From the IMG/VR virus record IMGVR_UViG_2891785506_000002, positions 2,420-66,419 of that record: a DNA stretch of 64,000 bases. The stretch is one strand, 5' to 3'. The number at the start of each line of letters is the position of its first letter. Position 1 is the first letter of the stretch. Below are positions 46,509 through 56,198 of the stretch, piece by piece. A program made the position numbers and the translations under genes. Under the pieces are notes generated by a model. The model was not told where the DNA came from. It saw only the letters and a program-made list of their open reading frames with translations, and made no database searches. Source of the stretch: a virus (lineage: Duplodnaviria; Caudoviricetes).

Positions 46509-47621
46509 TTACTCGGTTTTAGTTTTCAACACGAACACGTTATTCGGGTTCTTGATCACGGGCAAAGCCCACAACTCCGTTTCGATAATATTCTTGATTG
46601 GGCTTTCCTGCCACATGTCAAGGATTGCAATACGGTCTTCAACAAAAGAATACATCGCGGTGGATGCAACTGGCCCCGCCGCCACTCTCTGTCGATATAC
46701 CGAATTAGCGCACTTCATCTCGAAAATCTGACCCAACTGGCACAACACGCAATTATCCTCGTTGAAAGCAGAAGGCGATAACTCTGCCACTCCGTCCACC
46801 TCGTGAGCGCTCTTCTCGTCAACTACACGGATGGGCAAAACGCCTAAATCATGAATCACTCGCAAAATCTCCGCTTCTGTCACCGTGTAATTCGTGGGAT
46901 TGTACACATTCATTCTCCCCGTTACAACCTTTGTGGTGTTCGGGTGATTTATAAACTGATCGTACTTGCTTTTCTTCATCTCCCAGTGGTCGAAGCTCAT
47001 GTTGTCATCACTAGCCACTTTCTGGCTGTCAAGCAAATCTTTAATCGGGGTTGCGCCCTCCTTGTCCCACCCGACGCTAACGGTGGCGAAATGATTCGAC
47101 TTGAACTTGTAATCGATATCCAATGGGACACCGTCAACGTTATCAGTCACGGCTTCTCTAATGAATCCGGTAGACAATGCCTGGTAAACGAAGGTATTCA
47201 ATTTGTTATGAATACCACCGATAAGCTTATCAAGCGTGTAGACTAACCTATCCATCATCATGTCGCTCAACCGGGCGGAACCTTGAGCGGACAATTCCTG
47301 CATCGTCAATAAATCCGCCTCGTCTATAGACAAACCGTGACCGATCTTCGGAATCGATCCTCCGTAAGAACTGTATCCCGTGGTACTTCTCTGGGGTTTG
47401 GGAGCTCCAACTGAAAGCACGGATGCTTTCACGATGATCTCGTCGTTCTTCACGAAATTAGCCCACAACCTACTGTTTTGCGGTATTCCCCATCCGGCGT
47501 AAGTCTGCCATCCCCTGTTATTATACTTCGAGTTCACGTAATTCACGATTTCCCCGAACTCCTCCGGAGAAACGTAACGTCTGACATCGAACTGATCGTA
47601 TTGAGTGTAACTTCTATTCAT
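46509..47621 (-). CDS. Major capsid protein
   Basis: 370 aa after scaffold and decoration genes; G.IPKIGHG, final LP......VF.LKT. Confidence 0.8.
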   Translation of the reverse strand: MNRSYTQYDQFDVRRYVSPEEFGEIVNYVNSKYNNRGWQTYAGWGIPQNSRLWANFVKNDEIIVKASVLSVGAPKPQRSTTGYSSYGGSIPKIGHGLSIDEADLLTMQELSAQGSARLSDMMMDRLVYTLDKLIGGIHNKLNTFVYQALSTGFIREAVTDNVDGVPLDIDYKFKSNHFATVSVGWDKEGATPIKDLLDSQKVASDDNMSFDHWEMKKSKYDQFINHPNTTKVVTGRMNVYNPTNYTVTEAEILRVIHDLGVLPIRVVDEKSAHEVDGVAELSPSAFNEDNCVLCQLGQIFEMKCANSVYRQRVAAGPVASTAMYSFVEDRIAILDMWQESPIKNIIETELWALPVIKNPNNVFVLKTKTE

Positions 47622-47634
47622 CCTCTACCCTCCT

Positions 47635-48282
47635 TTATTTACGGTTACTGAACCTGAAAAAACAATCTGCATCTCTCAACGCCTTTTTGATAGCCGGGGC
47701 AATTGGCGGGATCCTTCTTTCAAGTATAGGTCGGTCACAAGCCCACACGGCATCACCGTTAATACTTTTGGCATCAGGAGCCAATCTCTTATCGCGGTCT
47801 GTAAGTGAATTGGGCACGCACTTTATTTTTGCCGTTTCCCCGGATTTGTCTGCCTCCACGAGCACATCGCCAACTGCCAACGTTCCAGGAGCCGAAGCCA
47901 ACGTGATCTCGTCGAAATCGTCGTTCGTTGTCACTACCGAGTTAACCTTGATACCCGTCCCGGCGGTATCCACGTCTCCGGGAGCTACCATCAAGAACAT
48001 TCCGGCTTTCACCCGGCTACCCTCGAAACCTTTTTTCACCTTCACCTTGGCTCCCGTGGTCACGGCTTCCGCCACCTCGAAAGCGTAATGAATCTTGATA
48101 GTTCTCGCTTGCTCGTCCACCTTTATAGGCGAACCGGCGGGAAGTACCCATGGATAAGCGGGCAACTCGGACTTGTCAAACATGAAACCTCCAACGAGCA
48201 AATTGACATGCCCCTCGTACACGTTCCTAGCCCCGCCCACTTTGTCGCTAAACTCCAAAATTTGGTCTGCTACATGAATCAT
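47635..48282 (-). CDS. Head decoration protein
   Basis: 215 aa between scaffold and capsid genes. Confidence 0.6.
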   Translation of the reverse strand: MIHVADQILEFSDKVGGARNVYEGHVNLLVGGFMFDKSELPAYPWVLPAGSPIKVDEQARTIKIHYAFEVAEAVTTGAKVKVKKGFEGSRVKAGMFLMVAPGDVDTAGTGIKVNSVVTTNDDFDEITLASAPGTLAVGDVLVEADKSGETAKIKCVPNSLTDRDKRLAPDAKSINGDAVWACDRPILERRIPPIAPAIKKALRDADCFFRFSNRK

Positions 48283-48300
48283 AATTCTCTTTTTTTATGT

Positions 48301-49017
48301 TTATTTCAACTCGGAACGCACTTTCTCCATCATCTCGCCGTTAGTCTTATCCCGTTCTTTCAAGCGATCGATATAGCTCTTGCCGCCTTGTTCACCTTCC
48401 GCTATCAAGGGGCTCGAACCGTTGCCGAATACAGCCTTGTACTGGCTCTCGTAATTGGATTGCAATGCCGCTTGTAATGCCGCGTCATCCATTCCTTCAG
48501 ATAATGTTGTCAGAATTTTTGCCATGCTTAAAACACCATCATTCACGACTCCGCCAACGGATTCGATTTTATTCCTCAACACCGTCATGGCATTCTTGAA
48601 CATCATCTCCGTTTTTTCCGCTGCTTTCTCCGACTCTCGCTCTTTTTTCATATCAGAAACAGCTTTAACTGCTTCCTTCAACTGGTCTGCTAACTCTTTG
48701 TTTGATGCTAAAAGTTGTTCCACTACCTCGTTGCCGGGTTTCGACTGTTCGGTGGTTTTCACCTGTCCTTGTGGCTTGTATTTTTTCACGAACTCGCTTT
48801 TCTCGTGCCTTAACTGTCCTCCAACAGATTTCAGGAAATTCACGTGGCGATCGTAAAACGAATCGTTTACCATGTCATCCGAGGCAATCTCTGGCAAAAT
48901 ACTATCAACGTAAGCCTCAAGTGTTCTTTGGCTTATTCCGGTTTCTCCGATAAAGCCATTCTCGTCGGGGTTTCCGATCTTTCCGTTAAAACCGGATAAA
49001 AGGATCTCTTTCTCCAT
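48301..49017 (-). CDS. Capsid scaffolding protein
   Basis: Charged coiled-coil protein at the start of the head operon. Confidence 0.55.
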   Translation of the reverse strand: MEKEILLSGFNGKIGNPDENGFIGETGISQRTLEAYVDSILPEIASDDMVNDSFYDRHVNFLKSVGGQLRHEKSEFVKKYKPQGQVKTTEQSKPGNEVVEQLLASNKELADQLKEAVKAVSDMKKERESEKAAEKTEMMFKNAMTVLRNKIESVGGVVNDGVLSMAKILTTLSEGMDDAALQAALQSNYESQYKAVFGNGSSPLIAEGEQGGKSYIDRLKERDKTNGEMMEKVRSELK

Positions 49018-49035
49018 CTAAAATTGTTTTGTGAA

Positions 49036-49088
49036 AACGAAAAGCCCCGACCGACTATTTTACTAGTCAATCGGGGCTTAAAGTCCTC
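49036..49088 (-). promoter_or_regulatory. GAGG + terminator-like hairpin upstream of the head operon
   Basis: Minus strand GAGGACTTTAAGCCCCGA...TCGGGGCTTTTCGTTTT. Confidence 0.55.
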
Positions 49089-49115
49089 TGTTATACCAAA
49101 ATGAAATACTATATC

Positions 49116-49295
49116 CTAAACGGTAACTTCAACGGTAGATCCGCACCTCTTGCACTTCAACCTGATCACGCTCCCGTTACTCCTCTTTACTTCCAATAGC
49201 TTATGTCCGCATTTGCAACGAACCTCTTCCAGTTTTATCCCAAGGTTACGCAGGACGTAATCACTATCATGCACGATTTCTACCTTCTGTTTCAT
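49116..49295 (-). CDS. Com-like zinc-ribbon regulator (59 aa)
   Basis: Manual translation MKQKVEIVHDSDYVLRNLGIKLEEVRCKCGHKLLEVKRSNGSVIRLKCKRCGSTVEVTV; own TATATTTG promoter at about 49314-49321. Confidence 0.65.
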   Translation of the reverse strand: MKQKVEIVHDSDYVLRNLGIKLEEVRCKCGHKLLEVKRSNGSVIRLKCKRCGSTVEVTV

Positions 49296-49400
49296 TACAA
49301 TCGTTTAACAATACAAATATAAAAACTTTATTTTCAACAAACAAAATAAGTTCATTTAAATTTTTACTTTAAGTTGTTTTGTATAACGCACTAATATAAG

Positions 49401-49484
49401 TATATTTGCACGAAATTACATAGTATTCAGAGGTTTTTAAAGACCCGCTAGCGGACAAAATATCCGGTAGTGGGTCTTTTTTTT
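49401..49484 (+). promoter_or_regulatory. Promoter + GAGG + terminator-like hairpin leader of the terminase operon
   Basis: TATATTTG 49401-49408, 21 nt, GAGG 49430-49433, AGACCCGCTA/TAGTGGGTCT hairpin, T8. Confidence 0.6.
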
Positions 49485-49493
49485 ATCATCAAC

Positions 49494-51140
49494 ATGGAAC
49501 AATTCAGCGACATACAGACAATAAATGGTGTTCCGGTATATTCAAACGATCACGTGCAACACCTGCGCGAAATCGACAAAGGGAGAAACAATCCATTGAG
49601 GATCATCGCTCAAAAAGGTTGCCAGGAAAAATTCCTATCCACGACAGCCGACATCACCATATTCGGCGGGAACAGGGGAGGGTCCAAGACATTCTCGCTG
49701 CTCATGGAAGGGCTGAAAGACGTTAAAAACCAATATTTCAATGCCACGCTTCTGCGTAACGAGAAAGACGACCTGTTGGACATGATAAACACGTCATACT
49801 CGCTATACACCCCGTTCGGGCAATACAACAAGTCCATACAGGACATGACATGGTACTTCAACAACGGTGGGAAACTCAAATTCTCTTACTATTCCGACTC
49901 GTTCGAGGATTTCAAGAAACGATTCCAGGGGAAACAATTCTCGTACATCGGCATTGACGAGATCACCCACATCGCTTACAACAAATTCAAGTACCTGATC
50001 ACGTGCAACCGGAACGCCTACAACATACGCAACAGATTTTACGGCACATGCAACCCCGACCCCGATTCTTGGGTAAGAGTGTTCATCGACTGGTGGATAG
50101 GAGAAGATGGATTTCCCATAGAGGAACGTGACGGCGTGATCCGTTACTGCTTCATGGAAGGAGATTCACCCACGTCCATATACTGGGGAGACACCCCTGA
50201 AGAAGTCTACAACCAGTGCAAGGAAACCATCGACAAACTATGGAAGCCGGCTTACGAGGAACTAGGGTTCAACAAAATGACCATGTTCGTCAAATCCGCC
50301 ACTTTTATAAAAGGGAAACTCGAGGAAAACATAAAGCTAATATCTTCCGACCCGAACTACGTCGCGAACCTCGCCCAGCAAGACGAGGAACAACGCTCTC
50401 GTGACCTAGACGGGAACTGGAACTTCAAAAATACCGGCGACGACATGATAAAGCTCGGTGACATGGAGAGATTCTACGCCGCCCCGTACAACACGGGTGA
50501 TGAAACCCGCCGTGCATCATGCGACATCGCTTTCACCGGTGGCGACTCGCTTGTCATGTGGCTATGGATAGGATGGCATATCGAGGATGTATTCGTTATC
50601 AGGATGGACGCCAAAACAGTGATTAGCGCCGTTAAATCCAAACTAGATGAATGGGGAGTGAGAGAAGAAAACTTCGTGTACGACCTCAACGGGCTCGGGC
50701 AAGTATTCAAACCCTCCAATAACGGTTCCGGGTTCTTCCCGAAAGCGGTACCGTTCAATAACCAGCAGGCTCCTTTCGCCACCACTAGGGAACAGGAAGA
50801 TAGCATTAAATACATGTACGCCAACCTCAAATCACAATGCGCTTACATGTTAGCGTCAAAAATAATCAAGGGAGAAATTTCTATTAATGAACGATTACTC
50901 GACCTTCAGTTCAACGGTGACGGGTTCGAGAAAATGCCATTACGCCAAATCTTGATCAAGGAACGAAAATGCGTACGCCAAGAAGAGGAAACGGCTGACA
51001 AGGGATTCAAGCTCATAAACAAAAAAACAATGAAAAAAATAGTGGGTCATTCCCCGGACTATTTCGAGGGACTGATCATGAGAATGGTATTCGAGATGAA
51101 AAAACAATACACAAAACCTAAAGGACTATGGAAACTGTAA
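49494..51140 (+). CDS. terL: Terminase large subunit
   Basis: Walker A GGNRGGSKT, Walker B IGIDE, GTCNPD, nuclease CDIAF.GGD and HSPDYF; likely start 49494. Confidence 0.92.
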   Translation: MEQFSDIQTINGVPVYSNDHVQHLREIDKGRNNPLRIIAQKGCQEKFLSTTADITIFGGNRGGSKTFSLLMEGLKDVKNQYFNATLLRNEKDDLLDMINTSYSLYTPFGQYNKSIQDMTWYFNNGGKLKFSYYSDSFEDFKKRFQGKQFSYIGIDEITHIAYNKFKYLITCNRNAYNIRNRFYGTCNPDPDSWVRVFIDWWIGEDGFPIEERDGVIRYCFMEGDSPTSIYWGDTPEEVYNQCKETIDKLWKPAYEELGFNKMTMFVKSATFIKGKLEENIKLISSDPNYVANLAQQDEEQRSRDLDGNWNFKNTGDDMIKLGDMERFYAAPYNTGDETRRASCDIAFTGGDSLVMWLWIGWHIEDVFVIRMDAKTVISAVKSKLDEWGVREENFVYDLNGLGQVFKPSNNGSGFFPKAVPFNNQQAPFATTREQEDSIKYMYANLKSQCAYMLASKIIKGEISINERLLDLQFNGDGFEKMPLRQILIKERKCVRQEEETADKGFKLINKKTMKKIVGHSPDYFEGLIMRMVFEMKKQYTKPKGLWKL

Positions 51141-52657
51141 AAACGAAAGAAATAATGGTACGTCGTCCCTTCAAAAGAGCGTTACCATACGGGTACAAGA
51201 GAGGTGGAGAGTCAGATTTCAAGAATATAATGATAGAACCAGCTGACTATATAAGATACCAGATCATCACGCAAGCCGACTTCATGCGTGAATTCGAACC
51301 ATCTTCACACTCCATTAACGACCCAGCATTCTATCCAGACATCATTCACGAGGACCCCGATGGGAAGAAATACATAGAGTACGTCGACAGGTGCTCGTTC
51401 GCGTTCCAACGAATCATCACCATCAAACAACTAGCCCACTTGTGTGGTAATAATATACAGTTCGAGTTATACGATTCACGTGCCACGAGAGAGTGGAGCG
51501 ATGAAAAAAGAAAAGAAATATTCCGTGAATATCGCAAAGGATGGGCTATAAAAGACATGGAAATAGCGTGGTACGAATCGGCTAAATCCGTGAAAACAAC
51601 AGGTGACACGGCGTTCGTTGGATTCCTCAACAAAGGAAAATTCGGGTGGAAAGTGCTATCTTACGCCAATGGCGACACCTTGTACCCGCACTTCGATAGC
51701 CTAACAGGAGAACTAGTTCTTTTCGCCCGTGGATACAACCAGGTAGATGCCGACGGGAGAACCGTTTCGAGATGGCTGGAAGTATGGGACGACGAGTACT
51801 TCTACAGGTTCCGTGAAGACCACTCTGGAATCGTGAACAAATCAAAAACAATAATCAAGAAAATATTCGGTCTTGAATCATACTCCGTGGTGTCCGTGGA
51901 AAAACACGGGTTCAACTTTATACCGGTGGCGTATAAAAGGAACGAAGAGGGAGCGTGCTGGACAAACTCGCAGGACACCATAGAAGAATTCGAGGTCGCT
52001 TTCTCTCGCCTGTCGCAAAACACCGCCGCGTTCGGGTTCCCCGTGTGGTACTTCAAGGGGAACGACATATCCGTGGCTGGCGACCCGTTAAAAGGCAGTA
52101 TCAAAACAATAGTCATACCGGACAAAGACGGGGAAGTAGGTGCCATCCCGGGGCAAGACGCCTCCAATTCATTCTCTACGCAGCTCGACAAACTATACAA
52201 ACTCATATACGAGCAATCATTCGCCGTCATACCCCCGGACCTCAAATCGGGAGACTTACCCGGCGTTGCCGTGAAGTTACTTTATTCCCCCGCGTACGAG
52301 AACGCCATGAAAGACGCCAACGAGTTCAGTAAATTCATCAACCAAATGAGAAAAATATACGCTTTCGGGTATGGCGTGGAAATCGAGATGATGATCGACT
52401 TCATGCAACTTGAAGTCTACTCGTGGATAAAACCATACATCCACCAGAACTGGACGGAAACCATCACCAACCTCGCCACATCCGTTCAAAACGGGTTCCT
52501 TTCCCGGCAAAGAGCGAACGAGGTCGCCGACGAGTATTCCACCTCCACCGACTGGGACACCATCCTTCGTGAACAAAAACAAAAGCAACAAGAAGAAATT
52601 CAAAAGCAAATCGAAATAGAGGAAACAAAAACTACTGTAAACCCGGAAACAGAATAA
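51128..52657 (+). CDS. Portal protein (SPP1 gp6-like)
   Basis: 509 aa after TerL; SG.L.GVAVKLLYSP, YIHQN..E. Confidence 0.85.
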   Translation: METVKTKEIMVRRPFKRALPYGYKRGGESDFKNIMIEPADYIRYQIITQADFMREFEPSSHSINDPAFYPDIIHEDPDGKKYIEYVDRCSFAFQRIITIKQLAHLCGNNIQFELYDSRATREWSDEKRKEIFREYRKGWAIKDMEIAWYESAKSVKTTGDTAFVGFLNKGKFGWKVLSYANGDTLYPHFDSLTGELVLFARGYNQVDADGRTVSRWLEVWDDEYFYRFREDHSGIVNKSKTIIKKIFGLESYSVVSVEKHGFNFIPVAYKRNEEGACWTNSQDTIEEFEVAFSRLSQNTAAFGFPVWYFKGNDISVAGDPLKGSIKTIVIPDKDGEVGAIPGQDASNSFSTQLDKLYKLIYEQSFAVIPPDLKSGDLPGVAVKLLYSPAYENAMKDANEFSKFINQMRKIYAFGYGVEIEMMIDFMQLEVYSWIKPYIHQNWTETITNLATSVQNGFLSRQRANEVADEYSTSTDWDTILREQKQKQQEEIQKQIEIEETKTTVNPETE

Positions 52658-52659
52658 AT

Positions 52660-53160
52660 ATGGACTTTTCAAAATCTCTTAAAACAGAATGTCGCCGTTC
52701 AGCATTAGGTTCCGTGCAGGAAAAAATCATGGCGGACCTAATGGCTATCGGCTGGCGTGATGTCAACGCCTATGTTGCCGCCTACGGCTACAACGCCCAG
52801 TACTCCGACGACTACAACAAACAGCAAATAGAGAAAATAACATCTCGCCCCGAGTTCCAAAAATACCTAGAACGCACCCGGAAACGCTACTCCAAAGATG
52901 CCGATGTGGCATCCGACGACGATTTTGACCCGTCTAGCGTGTCAAAGGAACAGACCCTGAAAGAACTCGCCATAGCCAAGAAAAAAGCATCCATCGGGAG
53001 CAAGGAATGGCTCGAGATAAACAAACAAATCATAGAAGTCACGCAGATGAAAAAAGACGAGGTAAAAGACGAGGACAACACCGTGCATTTCTACCTGCCT
53101 TTATCTTGCTATCAATGTGAATTATACGCCGCTCACCAGAAAAAAGTAAAGAAATCATGA
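52660..53160 (+). CDS. Hypothetical protein, possibly terminase small subunit
   Basis: AY..AYGY and helical pattern adjacent to the packaging genes. Confidence 0.4.
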   Translation: MDFSKSLKTECRRSALGSVQEKIMADLMAIGWRDVNAYVAAYGYNAQYSDDYNKQQIEKITSRPEFQKYLERTRKRYSKDADVASDDDFDPSSVSKEQTLKELAIAKKKASIGSKEWLEINKQIIEVTQMKKDEVKDEDNTVHFYLPLSCYQCELYAAHQKKVKKS

Positions 53161-53522
53161 TCAAAATAACAGGCAAAAACGTCCCGTCAAAGAAAAACTC
53201 CAAACAATGGACCGGCAAACGTGTCATATCATCAAAACTATCGCGTGAATACGACCAATGGATACAACCTCTCCTGCTTGTCAACAAACCCGCTTGGATA
53301 AAAGAAACCGCCGGAAAACCATATCCCCTCCGTATCGGGCTCTACTTCTACCGGGACAGCCGACGACGATGGGACTTCAACAACATCTCCCAATCCATCG
53401 CCGACAACCTCGTTTCCGCTGGCTACATCCCCGACGACGACACCACGCACTTCATCCCCGTCTACCTCGGCGAAGAACTCGTCAAAAAAGAACAATCAGG
53501 ATTCCACATGGAAATTTTATGA
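53157..53522 (+). CDS. rusA: RusA-like Holliday junction resolvase
   Basis: VPSKKNS, RRRWDFNN....IAD.LV.AG.IPDD. Confidence 0.75.
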   Translation: MIKITGKNVPSKKNSKQWTGKRVISSKLSREYDQWIQPLLLVNKPAWIKETAGKPYPLRIGLYFYRDSRRRWDFNNISQSIADNLVSAGYIPDDDTTHFIPVYLGEELVKKEQSGFHMEIL

Positions 53523-53861
53523 ACAACATTCAGCCGGTATTTCTGGGTATTTTTTATACTCCCAGCATTCCGCACCGTCGTACTCGTGCCTTTCAAACCA
53601 CGTCCCGTCATTCATCCAGACATACCCGAACAACTCTTGTCCCCCGAAACCGTTGTCATAATCAATATCAAGCTGATTTAAAAATTCGTCTAAATCTTTG
53701 TCACACCACCCTTCTTGCAAGATAATTTTTATTCTCGGATCGCAAGGATGAGCATCATGCGTGTTAGTGTCAATGTCACAATAATATAATGTTATATAAG
53801 CACACTTTACATCCCTTACTCTATCACCTATTTCCCTTAAAAATTCCTCTCTAGCGTTCAT
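53517..53861 (-). CDS. Hypothetical protein
   Basis: YDNGFGGQELFGYVW..DGTWFER.EYDGAE.W pattern. Confidence 0.65.
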   Translation of the reverse strand: MNAREEFLREIGDRVRDVKCAYITLYYCDIDTNTHDAHPCDPRIKIILQEGWCDKDLDEFLNQLDIDYDNGFGGQELFGYVWMNDGTWFERHEYDGAECWEYKKYPEIPAECCS

Positions 53862-53873
53862 AGAGTATATTAT

Positions 53874-54305
53874 TCATAAGTTTACATTCAATTCTTGACC
53901 TGTTAACACAAAATACAAATTTTGGAGTTGATGCAAGCAAATAAAGTTATAACCATTCACATCAACCAATGTCCATCCGCCAATACCGAACCTTTCTCTA
54001 GCGAACCTATAACTATTATTTTTGCAATATAACACCAAGTTATTATCTGGAGTTGAATATATTTTATCTACCCAACTGTAACAACTTCTACCAACAAGGA
54101 CATCAAACCCACACTTCAAAAGCAACTCTTCCTTGAGAGGTACTGGATTCAAACATAAATACGAATCACTTCTCTTTCTATTACCATAAGTAGTGACATC
54201 CGTACCTCTTAACTCTCTTATTTTAGCAGGCATTTCAACCCCTTCTTCCTTTCTACTTGGGATATAAACCCAATTCCCTATTCTCAATTCATTTGGACGT
54301 ATCAT
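53874..54305 (-). CDS. Hypothetical protein
   Basis: ELRIGNWV...P.PL.EE.LLKCGF...LHQLQNLYF.LTGQEL pattern common in Bacteroidota phages. Confidence 0.65.
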   Translation of the reverse strand: MIRPNELRIGNWVYIPSRKEEGVEMPAKIRELRGTDVTTYGNRKRSDSYLCLNPVPLKEELLLKCGFDVLVGRSCYSWVDKIYSTPDNNLVLYCKNNSYRFARERFGIGGWTLVDVNGYNFICLHQLQNLYFVLTGQELNVNL

Positions 54306-54642
54306 GCTTCAAAAATTTACCAATTATTTCAACTCTCTTCTCCTCCCACCAATCATGTAGATCTATTACTATATTTCCCGTCTTAATATTTAAAATAGAA
54401 CTTAACACCCAAACGACAAGCGTGCTGCCCAAACTAAATGCCGTTGGATCATTTTCTCCCGGGAACGCCACGTGATACCAAACTAGAGGAGTGATTATAG
54501 GTTGTACCAGCCAAAATAATCCAAGTACCCGAGTCCAATTGTAGACAACTAAACCACCAACTATCACAACTATAAAAAACGCACCTAAAATGTCCTTCCA
54601 GTCAATCATCAAAACATCATTCATGCTTTCCTGTTTTAACAC
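54289..54642 (-). CDS. Membrane protein
   Basis: Three hydrophobic segments. Confidence 0.55.
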   Translation of the reverse strand: MLKQESMNDVLMIDWKDILGAFFIVVIVGGLVVYNWTRVLGLFWLVQPIITPLVWYHVAFPGENDPTAFSLGSTLVVWVLSSILNIKTGNIVIDLHDWWEEKRVEIIGKFLKHDTSK

Positions 54643-54994
54643 TATTAATACAATTCGCTATATACCCGCACAAGTAAGCGAAAGGCTCTTGATTCTTCGT
54701 GTCAACACTCGCCCCCACGTAATCAAACACCTCCAACGCCGCATGAACAGCCTCGTGAGAGATAGTTCCAACGGTCATCGCGCCCTTATTCTTGAATCTA
54801 ATCAACACGCCACCCATAGGCTCCGGGTTCATCCTTCTGTTTACTGTTACCGTGGCATCTTCGCTTATATCCATTTCATCGTATGAACTCTCGAAAAACT
54901 CGTTCAACTCCTTTAACGGAGCCGCCACGCTCACCCATATTTTCCTCGGGTAAACGTGTAAATCGAACTCGTGTACACGTGTTTTATTATCCAT
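54617..54994 (-). CDS. Hypothetical protein with an HExxH motif
   Basis: ISHEAVH...NQEPFAYL. Confidence 0.6.
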   Translation of the reverse strand: MDNKTRVHEFDLHVYPRKIWVSVAAPLKELNEFFESSYDEMDISEDATVTVNRRMNPEPMGGVLIRFKNKGAMTVGTISHEAVHAALEVFDYVGASVDTKNQEPFAYLCGYIANCINSVKTGKHE

Positions 54995-55811
54995 TTTTAT
55001 TCTCGATTTTAGACTTTATATCACGGTATTTCCTAGCCTCATCACACAACTTCTTCAACTCGTCATGAATATCAAGTTCTTGAGCGTCCAGCGGAATATC
55101 CCCAAGAAGAATTACAGGTTCTTTAGTATCACCTTTACAGAAAGCAGTAACCAAAAGATACAAATAATGATGATACGTCTTCCATTTCATGTTTTCCTCC
55201 GTCAATTCCTTAATAATATCGACAGTTCCTCTATCCACGTTCTCGTTTTTTATATTCACGTTTAACTTGTCCGTGCCATTATCGAAACAAGTAACAGGTA
55301 TCGGGGCAACTGGAATTGGTTTACTATTTTTTTTCTCCGATTTCAAATCTTGATTTTCTTCTATCAACCGACCAACGATTCCGACCAACCTGGAACAACA
55401 ACGATCGATTTGTTCTAATTCCGGGACGGGATATGGCAAACGAACATACCCGTCTTCTATCATGCCAATAATTAATTTAATAACGCTCACGTACATCTTT
55501 TCAGTTAAAGCCAGCTTCTCGTTCTCTTTTTTCAATTTATTTCTCTTCCACATCATTTTTATCTTTTGAGTAAATAATATTTTACCTCGTTGCCTAGAAA
55601 CAAGTGGTAACGGATCGACGAATTGCCTCAAGTTGTCACGAATGCTTCCATCATGGTTTATTATTCCAACGGGCCTAGTATCCACGAATTCAAAACCTCC
55701 ATCCGGTGTCACGTTATCGAGTATCAATTCCGGATTATTGTGCAAGAATTCATTTAAACCATCTATTTGCTCTCGTGTAAGCATTATACCCGTCAACGTA
55801 GCTTTACTCAT
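54987..55811 (-). CDS. Hypothetical protein
   Basis: 274-aa ORF. Confidence 0.6.
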   Translation of the reverse strand: MSKATLTGIMLTREQIDGLNEFLHNNPELILDNVTPDGGFEFVDTRPVGIINHDGSIRDNLRQFVDPLPLVSRQRGKILFTQKIKMMWKRNKLKKENEKLALTEKMYVSVIKLIIGMIEDGYVRLPYPVPELEQIDRCCSRLVGIVGRLIEENQDLKSEKKNSKPIPVAPIPVTCFDNGTDKLNVNIKNENVDRGTVDIIKELTEENMKWKTYHHYLYLLVTAFCKGDTKEPVILLGDIPLDAQELDIHDELKKLCDEARKYRDIKSKIENKNG

Positions 55812-56187
55812 TCTCTAATTTATCAAGTTCCTCTCTCATCTCGTGCGATCTTCTCTCGTCCTTCAAAATCTTGGCATCCTCGTCGTCATCAATAGGCTTT
55901 TCATTCTTTTTAAGTTTCTCGAAATACTTGTCGATAGAATTCATCAACTCTCCCGTGAAATCCCCGTCAACGATATGACAAGCGGCATAAAGCGAAGTTA
56001 TCCACGTGTGAAGAGATTCCTCGGCATCTTTCTCTACCGTGTCGAGCGACCTAAACATCTTGTTATCCGCCCTAAAAGACATCGACCATACCCCGGACAA
56101 TGTACTAACAATTATAAACGTCACCTTGCCCTGTTTTTTCTTCGTTAAAACGAAATTCCCGATTTTTTTCTTCGTTCCTAAATCCAT
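55804..56187 (-). CDS. Hypothetical protein
   Basis: 127-aa ORF. Confidence 0.6.
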   Translation of the reverse strand: MDLGTKKKIGNFVLTKKKQGKVTFIIVSTLSGVWSMSFRADNKMFRSLDTVEKDAEESLHTWITSLYAACHIVDGDFTGELMNSIDKYFEKLKKNEKPIDDDEDAKILKDERRSHEMREELDKLENE

Positions 56188-56198
56188 GATTATAATAT

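Noticed and set aside
28046-48953. Numerous plus-strand ORFs antisense to tail and head genes
   Set aside because: They overlap well-supported structural genes and show no recognisable motifs; treated as shadow ORFs (the Panacea pair at 37046-38084 is the exception).
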